Shown here: positions 48,591-57,764 of the stretch, one piece after another
Numbering within the stretch: position 1 is the first letter of the stretch
Layout: each line of letters starts with the position of its first letter
Source: a bacterium
GTDB taxonomy: Bacteria; Zhuqueibacterota; Zhuqueibacteria; Residuimicrobiales; Krinioviventaceae
Assembly: GCA_963675755.2 (NCBI GenBank)
Contig: CAXXMD010000002.1
Location: forward strand, 736,001-800,000
DNA: 64,000 nt
Direction of reading: 5' to 3'
Notes under the pieces: model-generated
Database searches by the model: none
What the model was told of the DNA's origin: nothing
The model's input: the letters and a program-made list of their open reading frames with translations, nothing else
Program-made: the position numbers and the translations under genes

Positions 48591-49766
48591 ATGAAAAAAT
48601 TTGCAGGATTAATAATTGCTGTAATCCTAATGGCATTTATCGTTCAGGATGCCAGTGCAATACCAGCATTTGCCAGACGTTACAAACTTTCTTGTAATAC
48701 CTGCCATAGCCCTATACCAAGATTAAAACCATACGGCGATGAATTTGCTGGAAATGGTTTTATTCTCAAAGAAGAAGAAAAAGAACGTGACTATATTACT
48801 GCCGGTGACGATATGTTGTGGCTGAACAAAGACTTTCCCGTAGGTGTTCGGTTTGATGCATATGCACAATATGATCAGGATCAGGATGTTGACAAAGATC
48901 TCCAATCTCCATGGGGAATAAAATTATTGTCCGGTGGTACAGTCTATAAAAATATCGGTTACTATTTCTATTTTTACATGTCGGAACGCGGTGAAGTTGC
49001 GGGCATTGAAGATGCATATTTACATTTTGATAATGTTGGTGGCTCTCAATTAGATATTTTGGTTGGTCAGTTTCAAACATCAGATCCATTAATGAAACGC
49101 GAACTCCGCCTCACATTTGAAGATTATGTGATTTACAAAACAAGTATTGGTAGTTCAAGTACAAACCTGGCTTATGACCGAGGTGTTATGTTTATGTATG
49201 GTCTTGAGCAAACAGGAACAGATATTATTGCTATGGTTGTTAACGGTAATGGTAAAGATGAAGCCGGAGACGATAAAAAATTTGATAATGATGCAAATAA
49301 AAATTTAGGATTCAGAGTATCTCAAGGTATTGGAGAACTCGTATCCATTGGTGGATACTATTATTTGGGTAAAGAAACCATGCTGAATTATCTGGATGAT
49401 AAGTTTGAAAACGAAATCACATACATTGGTGTTGATGGCAATATGACTGTGGGACCCTTGGCTTTTACAGGGCAATGGCTCAGACGTAAAGATACCAATC
49501 CTTATTTTGCGTATACTGGTATGGAATATGAAGGTGAAGGTATAGTAGCTGAGCTTGTTATTTCACCACAGCTTGATCGTTCTCGTTTTTATCTTACAGC
49601 ATTATATAATCGCATAGATCATGATATTGATGCGTATGATTACCAAACAGCAACATTAAGCGGAACCTATCTTGTTGCACGTAATCTGCGTCTAATAGCT
49701 GAATACACTCGTGATCTGGAGCTTGATAAAAACAGAGTTACAATTGGTATGGTAAGTGGATTTTAA
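48591..49766 (+). CDS. Cyc2-like monoheme cytochrome-porin fusion
   Basis: Signal peptide then IPAFARRYKLSCNTCHSPIPRL; alternating beta-strand pattern; C-terminal Phe. Confidence 0.8.
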   Translation: MKKFAGLIIAVILMAFIVQDASAIPAFARRYKLSCNTCHSPIPRLKPYGDEFAGNGFILKEEEKERDYITAGDDMLWLNKDFPVGVRFDAYAQYDQDQDVDKDLQSPWGIKLLSGGTVYKNIGYYFYFYMSERGEVAGIEDAYLHFDNVGGSQLDILVGQFQTSDPLMKRELRLTFEDYVIYKTSIGSSSTNLAYDRGVMFMYGLEQTGTDIIAMVVNGNGKDEAGDDKKFDNDANKNLGFRVSQGIGELVSIGGYYYLGKETMLNYLDDKFENEITYIGVDGNMTVGPLAFTGQWLRRKDTNPYFAYTGMEYEGEGIVAELVISPQLDRSRFYLTALYNRIDHDIDAYDYQTATLSGTYLVARNLRLIAEYTRDLELDKNRVTIGMVSGF

Positions 49767-49788
49767 AAAGTATTTAAATACAAGATGC

Positions 49789-49821
49789 AAAAAAAAAGCG
49801 GGATTCTCTCCCGCTTTTTTT
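49789..49821. terminator. Bidirectional intrinsic terminator
   Basis: A run-GCGGGA-TTCTC-TCCCGC-T run between convergent genes. Confidence 0.85.
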
Positions 49822-49822
49822 A

Positions 49823-50959
49823 TTAATAGAGTGACCTTAGTATTACTTTTTGTATTCTAAGAATTCCATCCTGTTTTGAATGAAAAATTGCAATCTTTCC
49901 AGGCCTTACCATTTGAGTATAGGTTTGTTTATAAACACTCATCCCCACAACTTTGGCTTCAAGATAACGGCTTGAAGAAATAATTTGATAAAATGTCCAG
50001 GGGTATGGCCAATACGGACCCACATCCCATGCTTTATCTTTTGAAGTAGAATTTACTAACGCCATTGTTCCCGGATGGTCATAGAAATCAATCCGATAAC
50101 CCGGATCATAGCTTTCATTCCATCGGACATAAAAAGCACCCTTGCGTGGATTTTTTAGATCATTTTCAACATATGCCTGAAAATAAAAATCTTCATAGTC
50201 CTTGTCGGTTACAAGCCAGCCATCACCACCAGAACCAACGATCATATTGTCTACAACATCCCATTCTGCATAACCATATTGCACCCAATTTGATAAATCT
50301 TTGCCATTGAAAAGTTGGACTTCATTAACCGGGGGTGCAGGTAAGCGCTTGACCCAAATATTTTTAAATTCTACAGGATCACCATGATTTTGCAAACCAA
50401 TGGGTCCGCTCCGCAATCTGAATTTTGTATACATATCAGATTCAAAGTTGTATTCCTGTACCATAACATCATTTAACCAGACAGTACACATGGGCCAATC
50501 AAATCGAATATGATAACGGTTCCATTCTCCTGCCGGTTTTTCCGCAATTGCCATAGCTGGAGAAACATCATAAATAGAACCCGTAGTATGTAAAAGATCA
50601 GGATTGCTGTTGTGAATTTGAATTTCAAATCCCAACCTAGACTCTCTTCCAGACATGGGAACATGAAACAAAATGCCACTGTTATGTCCTTTTGCAATTT
50701 TGAAATCTGCATAAAAGTCAAAGTTGTTGTAGGATTCCAGTGTTTTAATAACATAAGGTACACTGGGTTTACCTAAACATTTGATAATGCCATCCTTTAC
50801 AATCCATCGACCACTATCAGGTTCTATATTCCATCCGGTAAAATCTTTACCATTAAACAAGGATTTATATCCAGGGCCTGGTGCACCCCCCGGCCAATCT
50901 GATGCAAATAAAAGGTTTGATAATAATATCAGTACCACCACAAGAAGCATTTTTTTCAT
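49823..50959 (-). CDS. Tandem DUF1080 (3-keto-disaccharide hydrolase-like) protein
   Basis: SLFNGKDFTGW, NSGI, EIQI, GEWN, GPIGLQNHG..FKNIW; second LFNGKDLSNW domain. Confidence 0.85.
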   Translation of the reverse strand: MKKMLLVVVLILLSNLLFASDWPGGAPGPGYKSLFNGKDFTGWNIEPDSGRWIVKDGIIKCLGKPSVPYVIKTLESYNNFDFYADFKIAKGHNSGILFHVPMSGRESRLGFEIQIHNSNPDLLHTTGSIYDVSPAMAIAEKPAGEWNRYHIRFDWPMCTVWLNDVMVQEYNFESDMYTKFRLRSGPIGLQNHGDPVEFKNIWVKRLPAPPVNEVQLFNGKDLSNWVQYGYAEWDVVDNMIVGSGGDGWLVTDKDYEDFYFQAYVENDLKNPRKGAFYVRWNESYDPGYRIDFYDHPGTMALVNSTSKDKAWDVGPYWPYPWTFYQIISSSRYLEAKVVGMSVYKQTYTQMVRPGKIAIFHSKQDGILRIQKVILRSLY

Positions 50960-50972
50960 AGCATATTCCTTT

Positions 50973-51707
50973 TCAAAAAGTATAGTCAACATCTTTATCC
51001 AGCATAGACAAGGTACGGAATCCATGATTTATTTTCTGAAATACAGATTTATATTCATCATAATGAGATTCAAAAGTTTTATTTAAAACAATATAAGTTA
51101 CATTACGTCTTGGCATTACACTAAGAACCCAGATATTTTTATCAACTCTTTTTTCAGGCAACACAACTGCCCAGTAATGTCCAACGAGCACGTGATGGGC
51201 GGGTAAAGTAGCGGGTACGAGTATGTTGGCACGCTCTTTATTTGTTTCATATTTTTCAAGAATCTCAGCCAACAAAGAAATTGCCAAATCTTTACTATCC
51301 GGTTGTTCGTCTTGCCATCTTAAAATACCGGTAAAAGATGTTGCCAACGTATCCATGTTTACAACATGGTCCATTTCAACCAGCCAGTTGATTTGACCAA
51401 ATAAAGAACGATCGGTTTCTACATATTGAAAAACAGAATCTTTTGTAAGAACATGCATATCCCAATCACTGACAACCCGTTTCAAAGTAAAATAGTAGGG
51501 TCGATTAAAATAAACAGAATCTGCAATTCCAATCCTCTCTGCACCGGCAATGTCTTTAATGTCTTTATCTGGCTTGGGAATTCGTCGGTTCATTTCAAAA
51601 ACCAACAATGTTATAGCAACCAGAACAAAAGCCAACATTAATATTGTACTAGTGCCCAACAAATTTTTCTTTTTTCTAAATTGCTTTATATCCAGATCTT
51701 TATTCAT
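50973..51707 (-). CDS. Hypothetical membrane-anchored protein
   Basis: N-terminal TM helix; start overlaps the upstream stop. Confidence 0.65.
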   Translation of the reverse strand: MNKDLDIKQFRKKKNLLGTSTILMLAFVLVAITLLVFEMNRRIPKPDKDIKDIAGAERIGIADSVYFNRPYYFTLKRVVSDWDMHVLTKDSVFQYVETDRSLFGQINWLVEMDHVVNMDTLATSFTGILRWQDEQPDSKDLAISLLAEILEKYETNKERANILVPATLPAHHVLVGHYWAVVLPEKRVDKNIWVLSVMPRRNVTYIVLNKTFESHYDEYKSVFQKINHGFRTLSMLDKDVDYTF

Positions 51708-52599
51708 TTGGAAAAAGCTCCATTATATCTTCAGGCGACCATTTGGGTGTTGCTCCCTGTTGGGTTGCAACCCAAGCACCTAAACGGTTACCATATTCAG
51801 CAATTTCAGCCAATTCAGCACCCTGAATAAATTTAATTGTCATACCAGCTGCAAAAGCATCACCCGAACCGGTTGTATCAACAGCAGTAACATTGAAACC
51901 AGGATGTACAACATATTCAATATCATTGACTAAAAAACACCCTTTATCACCCAGTGTAACAGCCGCCAGTTCAATCTCATATTTTTGTAATAATTGACGT
52001 AGAAATACAACATCATTGGACTTTTTATTCATTGATGTTTTTAACTGAGCCAATTCATCTTCATTAAGTTTTATTACATCTGCAAGCTTTAAAGATTCTT
52101 CAATCGTTTTTTTGATTGTACTGTTCCAGCCTCTTATGTTTATATCGAAAACTTTGCAACAATCATCAACGGATTTCAATGCTTGTTGAATGGATTGACG
52201 GGATTCTTCGTTACGTTGTGCCAGAGTACCCCACAATATAGCATCCAAACCACCAAGAATTTCAGTCCATTTGGAATCTTGCTGCATATAATCAAAAGCA
52301 ACGTCTTTGGTGCAATCAAATGTGGGAATTCCTTTTTCATCAAGCGTAACATTTACAGTACCTGTAGGAAAACTTTTGTCGGTTTGAATACCGGATGTAT
52401 TAATTTTCATTTTCTTCAAAGTTGATTTAATTTTCTTGCCCAAATCATCATTACCGACACGGCTTAATACATAGGCATTAAAGCCAGCGTAATTTACATG
52501 AGCGGCAAAATTAGCGGGTGCACCACCTAGATATTTCTTGTCACCATACACATCCCATAAAACTTCACCCATTCCTGCAATATTTAAAGAATCTTTCAT
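51700..52599 (-). CDS. PfkB-family carbohydrate kinase (fructokinase-like)
   Basis: GEVLWD, GGAPANFA and DTTGSGDAF motifs. Confidence 0.9.
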   Translation of the reverse strand: MKDSLNIAGMGEVLWDVYGDKKYLGGAPANFAAHVNYAGFNAYVLSRVGNDDLGKKIKSTLKKMKINTSGIQTDKSFPTGTVNVTLDEKGIPTFDCTKDVAFDYMQQDSKWTEILGGLDAILWGTLAQRNEESRQSIQQALKSVDDCCKVFDINIRGWNSTIKKTIEESLKLADVIKLNEDELAQLKTSMNKKSNDVVFLRQLLQKYEIELAAVTLGDKGCFLVNDIEYVVHPGFNVTAVDTTGSGDAFAAGMTIKFIQGAELAEIAEYGNRLGAWVATQQGATPKWSPEDIMELFPNE

Positions 52600-54569
52600 T
52601 TACTTACTCCATCTTTATATCCGCTCCGTAGAGCAACTGTTATTTTTGGTTGACCCGGCATGGGCCCTGACGCGGTAAAAGGATCAATTTCCTCAAAAAC
52701 AATTCCTGGTGGTTGAGAAAATTGACTATACGGTTGATTCTCTAAAGCATTCTGCATAAAATTCAACCAAATGGGCAAAGCTGCCATTCCACCTGTTACT
52801 CCTCTTCTTTTTGATAAACGCATAGATCGATTATCATCAAAACCTACCCAAACGGCACACACCAAATCAGGAGTAAAACCTATAAACCAGGCATCACGAT
52901 AATCATTGGTAGTCCCAGTCTTGCCTGCACAGGGTCTTGAAAAACCAGCTTGTTTTATACTTTTTCCTGTACCGTAATCAATTACACCCTGCATCGTATT
53001 TAAAAGAATGTAATTCGTTTGTGGATCGATAACACGTTTTCCATTTAAATCGTGATCTTTTCTAATGGTATTACCCGCAATCTGTAATTTAGTTATAGAA
53101 TACGGATCATGAAAAACACCGCCATTTGCAATTGTTGAATACGCAGTGGCCATTTCTACAGGAGATACACTGGTAGCACCAAGTGCAAGTGATAAATTAG
53201 GTTCAAGCTCACTGGTTATACCCATTTTTTTGGCATATTCAATAACCGTTTCCGGTGTAACTCTTTCAATTAGTTTTGCTGCAATTATATTCCGAGAATG
53301 CGATAAAGCCCATTTAACAGTCATGGGTCCCAGAAAATCATTTTCAAAATTTTGTGGTTCCCAAACCTGGTTGTAAATTTTAAATGAAACGGGCTCATCT
53401 ACAAGAACCGTTTTGGGTGTTACTATACCCTTATCTATTGCAGCCAGATACGTAAAAACCTTAAATGAGGAACCTGGCAACCGGTTATTGGATACTGCGC
53501 GGTTAAAGGGTGCTCTTTGATAGTCCCTTCCTCCCATTAAAGCTTTAATTGCACCGGTCTTGGGATCCATAACAACCATTGCTGCCTGTGGATATTGAAG
53601 CTTGTCTTGCCAGGGAGCCAACTCATAAGGTGGTAAATCCAGTAATTTATCTAACTTTGCTAATCCTTCTTCAATAGCAATCTTGGCATAATATTGATAT
53701 TTTAAATTCATCGTTGTAAAAATATCAACACCGCCATACACAATTGCATCACGGCCATACTCTATACCCAGCTCACGAATTATATAATCCACATAATAAT
53801 CAGCATGGCTTTCATAGGGATTCATTCTCTGGAAAACAAGATCTTTATCCAAAGCAAATTGTAATTGTTCACTATCGATAAAATGTTCTTCAAACATGCG
53901 CTTTAATACAAAACGCAAACGTTGCAAAGCAAATTCATCTTTTTTATAAGGATTATAACGATTTGGAGATCTGGGTATTCCAGCAAGTAATGCACATTCT
54001 GGTAAAGTGAGTTCATCTGCATGTTTGGAAAAATAAGTTTGAGCAGCCATCTCTAAACCAAAAATACCTGAACCAAAATCAATTTGATTAATATATGCTT
54101 CAAGAATTTCTGTTTTGCTAAATTGCTGTTCTATCTGCAGAGTAATCAAAATTTCTTTGACCTTGCGTGTCCACGTTCTGTCAAATGTGAAAAATAGATT
54201 CTTTGCAAGCTGCTGTGTAATAGAGCTTCCACCTTCAGAGATTTTTCCACTCTTGACATTTACAAACAGTGCGCGTATTAATCCTGCTTTATTTAATCCA
54301 CTATGTTTAAAGAAATGAACATCTTCAAGAGCCAGCATGGCATGAATAAAATCCTGCGGAATCTCCTCATAGCCGATAACCTGTCGATTGGTTAAAGATT
54401 TTACAATCTGTCCATTATCAGCATAAATTACTGTTGGATTTTTGGTAGCAATTAAATTCAAATCATCCGGTATTTGGGGCAAATGTTTAACAATAAAAAA
54501 CAAACCTATGCTTATCATTAAAAAAGCAACTATCAGAAATACCGCTATCCATTTTAAAACTTTTTTCAT
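52596..54569 (-). CDS. Class A penicillin-binding protein (PBP1A family)
   Basis: EDVHFFKH, GGSSITQQLAKN, SSFK, SRN and KTG motifs. Confidence 0.93.
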   Translation of the reverse strand: MKKVLKWIAVFLIVAFLMISIGLFFIVKHLPQIPDDLNLIATKNPTVIYADNGQIVKSLTNRQVIGYEEIPQDFIHAMLALEDVHFFKHSGLNKAGLIRALFVNVKSGKISEGGSSITQQLAKNLFFTFDRTWTRKVKEILITLQIEQQFSKTEILEAYINQIDFGSGIFGLEMAAQTYFSKHADELTLPECALLAGIPRSPNRYNPYKKDEFALQRLRFVLKRMFEEHFIDSEQLQFALDKDLVFQRMNPYESHADYYVDYIIRELGIEYGRDAIVYGGVDIFTTMNLKYQYYAKIAIEEGLAKLDKLLDLPPYELAPWQDKLQYPQAAMVVMDPKTGAIKALMGGRDYQRAPFNRAVSNNRLPGSSFKVFTYLAAIDKGIVTPKTVLVDEPVSFKIYNQVWEPQNFENDFLGPMTVKWALSHSRNIIAAKLIERVTPETVIEYAKKMGITSELEPNLSLALGATSVSPVEMATAYSTIANGGVFHDPYSITKLQIAGNTIRKDHDLNGKRVIDPQTNYILLNTMQGVIDYGTGKSIKQAGFSRPCAGKTGTTNDYRDAWFIGFTPDLVCAVWVGFDDNRSMRLSKRRGVTGGMAALPIWLNFMQNALENQPYSQFSQPPGIVFEEIDPFTASGPMPGQPKITVALRSGYKDGVSK

Positions 54570-54570
54570 T

Positions 54571-55425
54571 CTAACGGCCTCCTAACTGCGGTTTCGAGAT
54601 CATTGTTCCTTGGGCCTGGTTGTTAATTGTATTGATAAGGTACTCTATTGCTATTTCGGAGGCACTTGAAGTATAAATTCTCGATTGAGATTCAGATATA
54701 ATTTCAAATGCAAGCTGAACAGCTCCCATATCAACCTGTGATGAAATACCAACATAAACCAAATTGTCTCCCCAGGAGACCAAACGATAGGGATCATTCA
54801 TAATCTGCAATCTATAAGATATTGGCAAACTTAGAAATGCTTTGTAAAACTCATCTGCTGATATAATCCGATTTTGAAATTCTTTTTTATCTGCAAGACG
54901 TGTATTGTAATTATTTTGACCATTTTTTAATAACGAGTTTAAATCAACGTATCGTTCATTCAAAGGTTGACCAAAGCCATCTAGAAAATAAACACTAAGC
55001 TGTTGATCATTCAAGATCATTTTAACAGATTCCCATTGCGGGTTGTGATACAGTTCCAAAAACTTCATAGGATCTTGTAACTGTTTTGCAGATTGAACGG
55101 GTATTATACTGTAAAAATCGATAAAATCTTTATGACTCATTATAACTTTTTTACGAAGCAATAACTCTGAATGTAAATCATATACATTGGTAAAATGAAC
55201 CAGCGTTAAGGTATCTGCAGCAATATTTTGAGAGAGTGAATCAATCACTGCATCTCCATTTAGTTCCTTGTTCTCCTCTTCCCACAACCTTCCGGTTTGA
55301 GGACGAGTAGAATTTGTTAACAGTATCATTTTACCTGTGATGACTTCAAAAATATCAAACCATATTTCAAATATCAGCAGGCAAAGCAATACGCCTAAAA
55401 CAATCCATATTATTGATCTTTTCAC
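54571..55425 (-). CDS. Hypothetical membrane-anchored protein with an internal repeat
   Basis: N-terminal TM helix; stop 1 nt before the PBP1A start. Confidence 0.7.
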   Translation of the reverse strand: MKRSIIWIVLGVLLCLLIFEIWFDIFEVITGKMILLTNSTRPQTGRLWEEENKELNGDAVIDSLSQNIAADTLTLVHFTNVYDLHSELLLRKKVIMSHKDFIDFYSIIPVQSAKQLQDPMKFLELYHNPQWESVKMILNDQQLSVYFLDGFGQPLNERYVDLNSLLKNGQNNYNTRLADKKEFQNRIISADEFYKAFLSLPISYRLQIMNDPYRLVSWGDNLVYVGISSQVDMGAVQLAFEIISESQSRIYTSSASEIAIEYLINTINNQAQGTMISKPQLGGR

Positions 55426-55453
55426 ATTAATCCTGTTTTAAAAAAATGAACAG

Positions 55454-56299
55454 TTAGAATTTAAAAGGCATGGGTGTAAAAGATATTATAAAAATAATAA
55501 AAATAATGTAACCAAGCAAGCGACGATTTTGATCTATTGATGTATAATTATCTACTGGCGGAGGATGAATTCTGCCGAAAACAAGTAACAATATAAAGAA
55601 AAAAATCCAAACAGGATATATTATTGTCATAATTCCTAAACCTGCAAGAAAAACCAAATTTGATTTTTTATTAAAATGCCCAAACAAACTAAAAAATATG
55701 TGCCCACCATCCAATTGGCCGATAGGTATTAAATTAAGTGCTGTTACAAATAAACCTACCCATCCTGCATATGCAAGCGGATGCAAAGAGACATCATATC
55801 CGTCCGGCACTATTCCTATTGCTATATACGACAAACCCTTGAACAACAAAGGTTCACCTAAAAAGAATGCCATGTCATCCATTTCAGGTGTTGGAACAAT
55901 TGTAGATAATTTTAAACCCAGATAGATCAAGGGTAAAGTTATAACAAAACCTGCAAGCGGCCCTGATGCGCCAATATCAAACAAGGCTTTTTTATTTGGA
56001 ATAGGTTCTTTTATTCGAATAAAAGCGCCAAATGTTCCAAATGGGTTCAAAACGGGAACCGGAAATGGTATAAAATAAGGTAAAGTTGTATTTATATGAT
56101 ATCTCTTGCAAGTAAAATAATGAGCAAATTCATGTGTTGATAAAAAAAGCATAATCCCAATACTGTACCACGGGCCCCAAAGTAACCAGGTTGAAACAAA
56201 AGTGAGTAAGAACAAAATAAACGGAATTCGTATTTTATTCCATTGCTTTAGCTTTGGTTTAACTTTCAATGAGGTACTATTATCAACGCTATTTTCCAT
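55454..56299 (-). CDS. Site-2 protease (M50) family
   Basis: HEFAH, GPLAG and NLIPIGQLDGGH motifs. Confidence 0.92.
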   Translation of the reverse strand: MENSVDNSTSLKVKPKLKQWNKIRIPFILFLLTFVSTWLLWGPWYSIGIMLFLSTHEFAHYFTCKRYHINTTLPYFIPFPVPVLNPFGTFGAFIRIKEPIPNKKALFDIGASGPLAGFVITLPLIYLGLKLSTIVPTPEMDDMAFFLGEPLLFKGLSYIAIGIVPDGYDVSLHPLAYAGWVGLFVTALNLIPIGQLDGGHIFFSLFGHFNKKSNLVFLAGLGIMTIIYPVWIFFFILLLVFGRIHPPPVDNYTSIDQNRRLLGYIIFIIFIISFTPMPFKF

Positions 56300-56303
56300 A
56301 GAT

Positions 56304-57083
56304 TTATTCTTGAAACTGCACAATCACTCTGGCTTTATTATTAATATTTAAACATTCTGCGGCATTTCCATTACGTACAGCAATTTCCAACATTCCATGA
56401 CTGCCAATTAATGCTACAGGAAATCCGTCAAGTACATCACTATAACTATTTGCAAGTTTTACAATTTTGTGAGCCGCCAAATGTATTGAATGTAACTTTT
56501 TATTAAAAAAAACATGCTCTGGAATATTGGTAATTAAATTTCCAAAATGATCGATATGAGCGATTTCACCACTTGCAATATCTCCCAATTCTTTACAAAC
56601 AGGAATAATACCTTTATTAAAATTAGAGCACGGTGAGCCTATTTCTTCTAATGTTATACCTGTAGATATGTGTGCCGCTACAGGAGCAAAAATATCACGA
56701 CCATGAAATGTATTACTTATATTTGGTAGAAAAAAATCTTTTTTATTCAACTCGAATACATTGGCGTCTGGCCAGGTAGCAAAAATCCATTGTAAAACAC
56801 CATTGTCAGGAGCAACAAAGATATGGTTTGGAATTTGAACACCAAGGATCTTTCTTGCACTTCCCACTCCCGGATCCACAACAATAACATGAATTGTATT
56901 TTCAGGGAAATAATGAAAAGCAGATTTTAAAATAAATGATGCTGCAGTAATATCTCCCTGTGGTATCTGGTGTGTAATATCAATAAATGCAAGTTGGGGA
57001 TTAATAGACAACATTACCCCCTTCATTATGGCTGCAAAACCATCCTGCTCACCAAAATCTGTCAACAGGGTCACAAGAGGCAT
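56304..57083 (-). CDS. SAM hydrolase / chlorinase-fluorinase superfamily (DUF62)
   Basis: TDFG, VVDPGVGS, PDNG, TFHGRDIFAP and DHFGN motifs. Confidence 0.92.
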   Translation of the reverse strand: MPLVTLLTDFGEQDGFAAIMKGVMLSINPQLAFIDITHQIPQGDITAASFILKSAFHYFPENTIHVIVVDPGVGSARKILGVQIPNHIFVAPDNGVLQWIFATWPDANVFELNKKDFFLPNISNTFHGRDIFAPVAAHISTGITLEEIGSPCSNFNKGIIPVCKELGDIASGEIAHIDHFGNLITNIPEHVFFNKKLHSIHLAAHKIVKLANSYSDVLDGFPVALIGSHGMLEIAVRNGNAAECLNINNKARVIVQFQE

Positions 57084-57088
57084 CTGAT

Positions 57089-57757
57089 TTACTCTCCGTT
57101 ATTGTACTGCTGCATTATTTTATAAATATCCTGATATACATTTTCAATTAGATGAGGACGTTTATCCAGATCTAATTCATCAGCATCTACAATTAAAACA
57201 TTATAACTGTCTTTAATACTGTTTATCCAACGTTCATATGCTTCATTTAATTCAAAAAGATATTCTTTGGTAATTTTTTGTTCATAGTCTCTTCCCCGCT
57301 TTCGTATTCGCGATATCAACGTCCAGGTCGATGCTCGCAGATATACAATCAGATCAGGCTTGCGGAGATACTGTGTCATAATAGCAAAAAGATCACGATA
57401 GTTTTCATAATCACGGTCTGTCATATAACCTTGTTTATGGAGGATATATGCAAATATCTCAGCATCTTCATAAATCGACCGATCCTGTATACACGGTACA
57501 GGACTATTTGATATAGTACGCTGATCGTTAAATCGATTTGACAGAAAAAAGATTTGTAAATTAAAACTCCAGCGGTTCATATCTTTGTAAAAATCATCCA
57601 GATATGGATTATCAATTACACGTTCAAAAAATGGCTCGAGTTTTAATTTTTCACTCAACTTGTTGGTAATGGTTGTTTTCCCTACTCCAATATTACCGGC
57701 TATAGCCATAAAAAAAGGAGGTTTTTGTTCAGTTCCGTTTTTACTAGAATTCATCAT
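57089..57757 (-). CDS. Deoxynucleoside kinase
   Basis: GNIGVGKTT, DRSIYED and RIRKRGR motifs. Confidence 0.93.
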   Translation of the reverse strand: MMNSSKNGTEQKPPFFMAIAGNIGVGKTTITNKLSEKLKLEPFFERVIDNPYLDDFYKDMNRWSFNLQIFFLSNRFNDQRTISNSPVPCIQDRSIYEDAEIFAYILHKQGYMTDRDYENYRDLFAIMTQYLRKPDLIVYLRASTWTLISRIRKRGRDYEQKITKEYLFELNEAYERWINSIKDSYNVLIVDADELDLDKRPHLIENVYQDIYKIMQQYNNGE

Positions 57758-57764
57758 ACTCTTT

